Part shown: positions 62,601-64,000 of the stretch, piece after piece | Layout: every line of letters starts with the position of its first letter | Numbering within the stretch: position 1 is the stretch's first letter | DNA from: Anolis carolinensis | Lineage: Eukaryota | Assembly (NCBI RefSeq): GCF_035594765.1 | Contig: NC_085841.1 | Coordinates: 100,797,574-100,861,573 of the forward strand | DNA: 64,000 bases | Reading direction: 5' to 3' | Translations under genes and position numbers: made by a program | Notes under the pieces: generated by a model | The model's database searches: none | What the model saw: the letters and a program-made list of their open reading frames with translations, nothing else | Told to the model about the DNA's origin: nothing

Positions 62601-63352
62601 CCATATGTTGTCAGATTGTACTTCTATCAGCAAGAGCCATATGGAGTTACAGATCAACAACATCTAGAGGGACACACTTTGTCCACCCTTGAACTAAATT
62701 AATGGGTGTTGATTTATCACTCAGCTATACTTTCACTGGGGAAAAAAACAATAATTAGAACTAGCAATTGGATTTAGATCAAAACTCTTAGATTGTCCTT
62801 ACCAAAAGAGAAGTTTGTTAATATTTATTGATGTTGAAGTACTTGACAGTTTTGGACTGATTTGCAGTGACAGTAAGTCAAAACAGCATGTAGAAGACAA
62901 AACAGTCAGTCAATCATATAAAGCAAGTTCGTATCCTATCAAAAGATTTCTTTCTCTAGAGATATTTATTACTGCTCTTACTATACAACTAGAAACAAAA
63001 ATATTACTGCTTGGGATTGGTAGTGAACGAAGTACTTGTCTTTGGTATAGTATGCAAGTATGCAAGATGGGAATCTGATCATATGCTAAGTGTTAGAAAA
63101 CGGAGAGTCAATTCAGGCCTTACAGGTAGCACTGAACACGATTCACAAACACTATTGCATTTTGTTGGCATAAATAATATGAAATTTAAATTACCATGGA
63201 AAGAAGTTCCATCTCACTAGCAGAATGCCTGAGGTCTTCTACATCATAGCTGATACCAAACTGAGAAAGCAAAAGTCTGAGTTGGGGCTTCAGGTCTTCA
63301 ATTTCTGCATTGTGTTGGGGAAGTGCAGAGGCAGCTTCCTTTGATGAGTGTC
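3152..63352 (-). CDS. CCDC162: Multi-exon gene span (39 coding exons traced, ~1850 aa, partial at both ends): large helical/coiled-coil protein, CCDC162-like
   Basis: Exon chain with GT-AG junctions and matching phases throughout; summed length 5559 nt with no stop. Motifs such as MEFAEVENHDDFYT, VDRFAVLLDLWTCE, LLEFHPSLGL and MGFDEFHLYLRPV match CCDC162-family proteins from recall (no search run). C-terminal exons are heptad-rich. Confidence 0.82.
3569..3891. mobile_element. Tc1/mariner (pogo/Tigger-like) MITE
   Basis: TIRs AGTAGAGTCTCACTTATCCAA/TTGGATAAGTGAGACTCTACTG flanked by TA; second copy at 21911. Confidence 0.88.
5900..6200 (-). mobile_element. Old L2 LINE 3' fragment
   Basis: Degenerate similarity to the L2 3' region at 25050-25330. 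Confidence 0.55.
6768..6888 (-). CDS. CCDC162: CCDC162-like exon 38
   Basis: 121 nt; IRSQLTQERSLKLNAYQRVEELQSQLYDVEATTSQRNSPG. Confidence 0.9.
7006..7133. mobile_element. hAT MITE
   Basis: Palindromic core (aactcccagaa/ttctgggag); perfect 8-bp TSD CTGTAAAT. Confidence 0.8.
8326..8586 (-). mobile_element. Anolis SINE2-type tRNA-derived SINE
   Basis: Shared body (gcaagtcgcttctggtgtga...gggagctcacccc...aacccattg) with several other copies in the window. Confidence 0.82.
8818..9027 (-). CDS. CCDC162: CCDC162-like exon 37
   Basis: 210 nt; GHLLQKVEQKMNQEVSRWQQ...RVKKEIQQ. Confidence 0.92.
9638..9790 (-). CDS. CCDC162: CCDC162-like exon 36
   Basis: 153 nt; VDNKNKKEYLKLKMMAEKEAVLFRQQLRSARKALAQSQAENKKLNGQLDKQ. 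Confidence 0.92.
10009..10207. mobile_element. hAT MITE (CAGGCATGGGCAAACT TIR family)
   Basis: Long palindrome; TSD TTCTAGAT/TTCTAAAT. Confidence 0.88.
10741..11072 (-). mobile_element. Sauria SINE, full length
   Basis: 12-bp TSD CTTGAAGGAATA (10729-10740, 11073-11084); inserted in an older SINE remnant. Confidence 0.92.
11234..11368 (-). CDS. CCDC162: CCDC162-like exon 35
   Basis: 135 nt (132 with the downstream AG); QEQLQELRDENGQLQMLVLKLRAMNYWKQ...REAEK. Confidence 0.9.
11888..12212. mobile_element. Tc1/mariner-type non-autonomous element (partial)
   Basis: TA-CTGTATATAC...TATAAGCCGA terminus; homologous to 22470-22864. Confidence 0.75.
12440..12592 (-). CDS. CCDC162: CCDC162-like exon 34
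   Basis: 153 nt; GKVDEYRLSLSQRMFEIISEVRRDGVDKMIALKKKFGSTKDNSALKERLAQ. Confidence 0.92.
13326..13493 (-). CDS. CCDC162: CCDC162-like exon 33 (coiled coil)
   Basis: 168 nt; VAEMNHDMIMEITALRAKTADLQEENHSLREKIRKEVQEDYEALV...HLK. Confidence 0.92.
13852..13905 (-). CDS. CCDC162: CCDC162-like exon 32
   Basis: 54 nt; EMATTEDKGVNAELNLSQ; ctatttcag acceptor, gtgagt donor. Confidence 0.8.
14077..14226 (-). CDS. CCDC162: CCDC162-like exon 31
   Basis: 150 nt; ISFQKDHLQKCLTALGCDVMARERSNFENYSMFYENILHRQHQLLYKKEQ. Confidence 0.92.
14410..14519 (-). CDS. CCDC162: CCDC162-like exon 30
   Basis: 110 nt; LWKHHSMQEIFSVTRPEIVESFIQRLMENHQESEAE. Confidence 0.92.
14630..16670 (-). mobile_element. L1-clade LINE, 5'-truncated and frameshifted (RT C-terminal half, Cys-rich end, A-rich tail)
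   Basis: ORF 16026-16745 has RT motifs TRGTRQRCPMSPILF, ISLFADD, IKYLGI; further frames carry EGGLGLPKI and GTYIHMWWEC. Confidence 0.9.
17420..18045 (-). mobile_element. Vingi/Ingi-clade LINE 3' fragment
   Basis: HPLHGYQPPPSRLKSRKSF, WKSLNRLRSG and CDCGAEQTTPHL motifs across frameshifts. Confidence 0.82.
18563..18683 (-). CDS. CCDC162: CCDC162-like exon 29
   Basis: 121 nt; LQKLLESLEVHMIHDVQKKVNKEITLVISEKARHERNLPT. Confidence 0.92.
18928..19054 (-). CDS. CCDC162: CCDC162-like exon 28
   Basis: 127 nt; VEVLCPAMRRRGIEVEFEGFG...ASQVEIKTYQ. Confidence 0.88.
19595..19950. mobile_element. Old Harbinger-like non-autonomous element
   Basis: Imperfect TIRs gacctcatcacat/atgtgatgatgccc around a GC-richer interior. 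Confidence 0.45.
20443..20654 (-). CDS. CCDC162: CCDC162-like exon 27
   Basis: 212 nt; LDLATIAEAS...SYLILWKQLETLKAEWGRLKLKVEDINTIALYKQFSELY. Confidence 0.9.
21031..21375. mobile_element. Old hAT non-autonomous element
   Basis: CAGTGCTTCTTAAACT start; interior homologous to 34941-35596. Confidence 0.65.
21595..21738 (-). CDS. CCDC162: CCDC162-like exon 26
   Basis: 144 nt; LCLCGLNYEERKTAHGELVGMQFIIEDVLL...SFKK. Confidence 0.9.
21911..22205. mobile_element. Tc1/mariner (pogo/Tigger-like) MITE
   Basis: TA-CAGTAGAGTCTCACTTA...TAAGTGAGACTCTACTG-TA. Confidence 0.9.
22470..22864. mobile_element. Tc1/mariner-type non-autonomous element
   Basis: TIR-like ends CTGTATATATTTGAGTATAAG/CTTATACTTGAGTTTATACGG-TA. 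Confidence 0.8.
22979..23074 (-). CDS. CCDC162: CCDC162-like exon 25
   Basis: 96 nt; ADMLFPWRTFQANSSSFPVVIDNLNPIDYCMQ. Confidence 0.88.
23376..23645. promoter_or_regulatory. Candidate intronic enhancer: clustered E-box/GATA motifs
   Basis: WGATAA at 23379-84(-), 23454-59, 23542-47 and 23602-07; three have adjacent CANNTG E-boxes; non-repetitive context. Confidence 0.4.
24305..25330 (-). mobile_element. L2 LINE 3' fragment interrupted by a Sauria SINE
   Basis: ORF remnant AQFKVQVTYKAL...RERAFSVVVPWLWN; L2 tail near 24305-24350. Confidence 0.8.
24376..24798 (+). mobile_element. Sauria SINE with inverted partial copy in its tail
   Basis: 12-bp TSD TACCATCTCCCC (24364-24375, 24799-24810). Confidence 0.88.
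25788..25941 (-). CDS. CCDC162: CCDC162-like exon 24
   Basis: 154 nt; EAFLSSGNICAYQNITDNIYHGLPLLSN...LPQPLDPHGRR. Confidence 0.92.
27074..27212 (-). CDS. CCDC162: CCDC162-like exon 23
   Basis: 139 nt; NELQELQKKIDYLHNPTDPKKVAQMLSMHRELLLLQFDAAVRHSM. Confidence 0.92.
27382..28670. mobile_element. hAT non-autonomous element hosting nested insertions
   Basis: TIRs CAGATGTGTCAA/TTGACCCATCTG; TSD TTCTAGAG/TTCTAGGG. Confidence 0.7.
27750..28539 (+). mobile_element. Solo LTR (Gypsy-like)
   Basis: TGTT...TAACA termini, AATAAA at 28464, near-TSD CTAGG/CTAAG. Confidence 0.7.
29083..29248 (-). CDS. CCDC162: CCDC162-like exon 22
   Basis: 166 nt; TGYRALKQTLQLVAAFHDIISYIFSFVQLG...ADWGGTGWI. Confidence 0.9.
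29682..29985. mobile_element. Old Tigger/MER2-like DNA transposon remnant
   Basis: tacagactaagaatcccctatc...gataaaggatattcaac degenerate TIR-like ends. Confidence 0.5.
30154..30288. mobile_element. SPIN-like hAT MITE (135 bp)
   Basis: TIR CAGTGGTTCTCAACCTGTGGG; palindromic; degenerate 8-bp TSD. Confidence 0.9.
30593..30710 (-). CDS. CCDC162: CCDC162-like exon 21
   Basis: 118 nt; SFQPRPRCLLSSDGRSFLNLWFIPHPSEVLSLFRMLPQK. Confidence 0.92.
30854..31080 (-). mobile_element. Anolis SINE2-type SINE
   Basis: poly-T, cgtgtcaggagcaacttg..., B-box-like gggattcgaacc. Confidence 0.82.
31248..31721. mobile_element. Tigger-like non-autonomous element with nested SINE2 fragment (~31550-31670)
   Basis: TA-CAGGCAGTCCCCAGGTTACAAAC...GTTTGTAACTTGGGGACAGCATG-TA. 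Confidence 0.8.
31960..32279 (-). mobile_element. L2 LINE 3' end with (ATC)n tail
   Basis: Reverse complement reads agagctttttctatttctgcccctgccttatggaatgccttg (RAFSISAPALWNAL). Confidence 0.72.
32280..33189 (+). mobile_element. Solo LTR (Gypsy-like), ~910 bp
   Basis: Terminal inverted motif T(t)TCACACCCC...GGGCGTGACA; AATAAA at 33121; CpG-rich interior; no clear TSD. Confidence 0.68.
33796..33972 (-). CDS. CCDC162: CCDC162-like exon 20
   Basis: 177 nt; LNHRISQYSLRSQIIAYYNSIRAMLNDFPSVR...GDDP. Confidence 0.9.
34482..34620. mobile_element. Harbinger-like palindromic MITE
   Basis: Long inverted arms GGGCCCTTCCAGACAGGCCCTATATC.../...GATATAGGGCCTGTCTGGAAG. Confidence 0.8.
34941..35596. mobile_element. 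hAT non-autonomous element
   Basis: Perfect 8-bp TSD CTTTAAGA (34933-34940, 35597-35604); homologous to the 21031 copy apart from an inserted segment. Confidence 0.78.
35108..35428 (+). mobile_element. Probable non-autonomous Helitron nested in the hAT element
   Basis: TC(ttc)ATACATAAAAG 5' end and CTAG|T 3' end; segment absent from the 21031 copy; no TSD. Confidence 0.5.
35864..35913 (-). CDS. CCDC162: CCDC162-like exon 19
   Basis: 50 nt; DEAEKVKREVIVEYCH; gtaagt donor; phase 0->2. Confidence 0.88.
36240..36482 (+). mobile_element. Anolis SINE2-type SINE
   Basis: A-box tggcgcaatgg, B-box-like ggttcaaatcc, tail ctgacacgat-polyA. Confidence 0.85.
36774..36885 (-). CDS. CCDC162: CCDC162-like exon 18
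   Basis: 112 nt; NHEAFVSIQLEKQGPRDVMLNAFIQKKHILGSRMQNT; gtaagt donor. Confidence 0.9.
37751..37850. mobile_element. hAT MITE (CAGGCATGGGCAAACT family)
   Basis: Palindrome; degenerate TSD GTATAGAG/GTATGAAG. Confidence 0.8.
38500..38756 (+). mobile_element. L2 LINE 3' tail with (TTA)n
   Basis: tgtgagccatctcgagtccctttggagaaatggtggtgggatataagaataa(tta)n. Confidence 0.65.
38801..38952 (-). CDS. CCDC162: CCDC162-like exon 17
   Basis: 152 nt; EGALSLRSQSSSATGKN...GHYNLR; Ser-rich linker; phase 0->2. Confidence 0.82.
39268..39460 (-). mobile_element. CR1 LINE 3' fragment
   Basis: agatggccatccagcccctgcttaaaacctccagagaaggaaactcc is the reverse complement of the CR1 3' region at ~430-480. Confidence 0.75.
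40036..40176 (-). CDS. CCDC162: CCDC162-like exon 16
   Basis: 141 nt; ILLNPCGMENLQIALACQITHKNLLLVAIQQAAFC...MGIK. Confidence 0.9.
40723..40930 (-). mobile_element. Vingi/Ingi-clade LINE 3' fragment
   Basis: Homologous to 17440-17625. Confidence 0.8.
41547..41637 (-). CDS. CCDC162: CCDC162-like exon 15
   Basis: 91 nt; YIPSTLMLSIQDIDNQIGKFSFRTRESIFQ. Confidence 0.9.
42698..42832. mobile_element. SPIN-like hAT MITE (135 bp)
   Basis: TIRs CAGTGGTTCTCAACCTGTG; TSD CCTTGGAG/CCTTAGAG. Confidence 0.9.
43181..43336 (-). CDS. CCDC162: CCDC162-like exon 14
   Basis: 156 nt; LYKEFAGEMGFDEFHLYLRPVYFEFATH...DSSVD. Confidence 0.93.
44226..44378 (-). mobile_element. RTE-BovB LINE 3' end
   Basis: ttcgttcagtcgcttctgactcttcgtgacctcatggacc is the reverse complement of the BovB tail at 1-70. 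Confidence 0.78.
44389..45137. mobile_element. OC1 (OposCharlie)-like non-autonomous hAT element, 749 bp
   Basis: TIRs CAGGGGTCCCCAAACT/AGTTTGAGGACCTCTG; perfect TSD CTATATAG. Confidence 0.88.
45372..45577 (-). CDS. CCDC162: CCDC162-like exon 13
   Basis: 206 nt; LFSGVLVEDPSLVREIA...FSRLLELLVLRHRLAEAAMESAQMG. Confidence 0.9.
46280..47352 (-). mobile_element. Vingi/Ingi-clade LINE fragment (RT C-terminal part)
   Basis: FNIYTNDQP, FIYADD, KYLGVTLD and LCYSAAVYAYPVW in broken frames. Confidence 0.85.
47568..47652. repeat. (TTTC)n microsatellite
   Basis: ~20 tandem TTTC units with one interruption. Confidence 0.95.
47846..48074 (-). CDS. CCDC162: CCDC162-like exon 12
   Basis: 229 nt; TALKHIYLLEFHPSLGLIS...SFYGSQTQKE. 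Confidence 0.92.
48188..48440 (-). mobile_element. Anolis SINE2-type SINE
   Basis: Homologous to the other SINE2 copies. Confidence 0.8.
48873..48994 (-). CDS. CCDC162: CCDC162-like exon 11
   Basis: 122 nt; IDTQRDYNHKIWRDGPKGGIQEFGFPPYVVPKQLIAVNNS; gtgagt donor. Confidence 0.9.
49438..49638 (-). CDS. CCDC162: CCDC162-like exon 10
   Basis: 201 nt; LLDSYFEAYQHALVLEERFTLAQ...LVRDILNQQ. Confidence 0.92.
50065..50390 (-). mobile_element. CR1 LINE 3' fragment
   Basis: gatggccatccagcctctgttaaaaaacttccaagggaggagcttccaccacactcc. Confidence 0.8.
51049..51170 (-). CDS. CCDC162: CCDC162-like exon 9
   Basis: 122 nt; QKSSSNSNKNSGWPHGSVDRFAVLLDLWTCETGFLENKRQ. Confidence 0.92.
51669..51844. mobile_element. 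hAT (Tip100-like) MITE
   Basis: TIRs TAGGGTTGCCAGATG/CATCTGGCAGCCCTA; degenerate TSD CTTCAATC/CCTGAATC. Confidence 0.75.
51969..52161 (-). CDS. CCDC162: CCDC162-like exon 8
   Basis: 193 nt; VHSVQFMEFAEVENHDDFYT...LLLVATQYIERER; phase 0->1. Confidence 0.93.
52828..52870 (-). ncRNA. Minimal type I hammerhead ribozyme in the Penelope pseudo-LTR
   Basis: CCU-CUGAGGA-U-GCCUGC(CAUAGAU)GUGGGC-GAAA-CG-UC/AGG: complete core, stem I CCU:AGG, 6-bp stem II, palindromic ACGU in place of stem III. Confidence 0.8.
52982..54257 (-). pseudogene. Penelope RT/GIY-YIG endonuclease ORF (N-terminally truncated)
   Basis: GVAMGSPLSP, WFRYVDDTF, LPFLDVLV, VYRKPTHTDRYL and GVYRIPCSCGQVYIGTTKR; frame begins inside RT at LFTKVPV. 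Confidence 0.92.
54414..54541. mobile_element. SPIN-like hAT MITE
   Basis: TIR CAATGGTTCTCA; TSD CTCTATGA/CTTTATGA. Confidence 0.88.
54554..54737. other. Assembly gap (184 N)
   Basis: Run of N. Confidence 0.99.
55545..55876 (+). mobile_element. Sauria SINE, full length
   Basis: 12-bp TSD CTATATTCCAAA (55533-55544, 55877-55888); (ACCTTT)n tail. Confidence 0.92.
56184..56387 (-). CDS. CCDC162: CCDC162-like exon 7
   Basis: 204 nt; RICLGILNYFRSIERTLTINTSG...HYTPADYK; follows a 121-nt intron. Confidence 0.92.
56509..56638 (-). CDS. CCDC162: CCDC162-like exon 6
   Basis: 130 nt; YTTTLRLLGLDED...GAYLSLLYLQHLRIRELQ; A-rich acceptor. Confidence 0.85.
57037..57320. mobile_element. Non-autonomous hAT DNA transposon (copy 2)
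   Basis: Homologous to 1369-1631; perfect TSD TCTACACA. Confidence 0.9.
57529..57663. mobile_element. SPIN-like hAT MITE (135 bp)
   Basis: TIRs; TSD TACTAGCC/TACTAGAC. Confidence 0.9.
58526..58641 (-). CDS. CCDC162: CCDC162-like exon 5
   Basis: 116 nt; ELQANGDDENPAT...FSGKKKDT; phase 0->2, required to join exon 6 in frame. Confidence 0.8.
59343..59495 (-). CDS. CCDC162: CCDC162-like exon 4
   Basis: 153 nt; VSNLEWVMETLQEQAAAV...IWENVYHNPEFHQ. Confidence 0.9.
60412..60679 (+). mobile_element. Anolis SINE2-type SINE
   Basis: ggcacaatgggttaaa...ggttcaaatcc...ctcctgacatg-polyA. Confidence 0.8.
60915..61033. mobile_element. hAT MITE (CAGGCATGGGCAAACT family)
   Basis: Perfect TSD GTCTAAAC. Confidence 0.85.
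61327..61428 (-). CDS. CCDC162: CCDC162-like exon 3
   Basis: 102 nt; IKAKQDPWQQKLLMKLKQWKKVDEMLLIQSNLLK. Confidence 0.9.
62181..62330 (-). CDS. CCDC162: CCDC162-like exon 2
   Basis: 150 nt; VLQKFRSIFSEQQTMRTFPVYD...ANWIPFKK; AG/GT, phase 0->0. Confidence 0.9.
63195..63352 (-). CDS. CCDC162: CCDC162-like exon 1 in window
   Basis: ctcttccag acceptor, gtaatt donor; HSSKEAASALPQHNAEIEDLKPQLRLLLSQFGISYDVEDLRHSASEMELLSM; phase 1->0. Confidence 0.85.
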
Positions 63353-63753
63353 CTGGAAGAGGGCAGAATCATGCAAACACCACAAGAATAATTACACACG
63401 GTGAAGCCATAGGAGGCATAAGTTCCTGAAACATGTTTTTAAAAACAGCTATGGGTGCTTTGGGCATCAGACATCTGTTCAAGGACAGTCCCACTACCAG
63501 GCAGAGTAAAACACCTTCCCATTCCATGGCATCTCAAACCATTCCAAGTCTGCGAGAGGACAAACTTGTGTGTGATGGACGTACTATCCTGAGCTAAGCT
63601 TGAAGCATCTGGCATGCATTGCCTCCTTTACACTGATAAAATGAAATACAACTGCCACTCCAGTTTGTTTCTCTTCATGGAATTGGGGTCACTTTGGAGA
63701 GGGTTTTGCAGGTAGTGAACTAGGAAGTGCAAACACAGCTTTCACTAAAGACC

Positions 63754-63870
63754 ATAGAATCATAAACTTGGAAGAGACCACAAGCGCCATCTAGTCCAAC
63801 GCCCTGCCATGGAGAAAGACCCAATTAAAGAACTCTGGAAAAATAGTTATTCAATCTCTGTTTACAAAAA
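63754..63870 (-). mobile_element. CR1 LINE 3' end fragment
   Basis: catagaatcataaacttggaagagaccacaagcgccatctagtccaac. Confidence 0.7.
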
Positions 63871-63917
63871 TTGTTGAGCAGCTCACACAGTAAAAAAAAA
63901 AAAGTACAGTACTGTCA

Positions 63918-64000
63918 ATTTTTTTATCGTGTCAGAAGCAAGCAAGTTGCTTTTGGTGTAAGAGAGTCAGCCGTTTACAGAGATGTTGCTCAGGAGATGC
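63918..64000 (-). mobile_element. Anolis SINE2-type SINE 3' end (runs off the window)
   Basis: ttttttatcgtgtcagaagcaagcaagttgcttttggtgtaagag. Confidence 0.7.

Noticed and set aside
1-64000. CRISPR arrays, rRNA, operons, endogenous viral or mitochondrial inserts, U12 introns
   Set aside because: None seen. The DNA is eukaryotic and intron-rich, and all traced introns are GT-AG without the U12 GTATCCTT donor.

Overview
Vertebrate genomic DNA. The repeat landscape (Sauria SINE, Anolis-type SINE2, BovB, Penelope, Vingi, L2, CR1, SPIN/OC1-like hAT MITEs) points to a squamate, most likely the anole lizard Anolis. The whole window lies inside one large minus-strand gene. I traced 39 coding exons by hand from 63352 down to 3152. 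All have GT-AG junctions and compatible phases, and together they give 5559 nt (~1850 codons) with no stop. From recall of the protein sequence this looks like CCDC162, a poorly characterised large coiled-coil gene annotated as a pseudogene (CCDC162P) in human; no search was run. The start codon lies beyond the right edge and the terminal exon was not resolved. The introns are dense with transposable elements, many with readable target-site duplications (TSDs). Highlights: a young 5'-truncated Penelope insertion with a 12-bp TSD and an intact minimal hammerhead ribozyme in the sense orientation of the host pre-mRNA; an intronic E-box/GATA cluster that looks like an erythroid-type enhancer; a SINE fold-back; several multi-layer nested insertions; and two solo LTRs antisense to the gene. 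There is a 184-nt assembly gap at 54554-54737. Coordinates were read manually; TE boundaries without a TSD are approximate.
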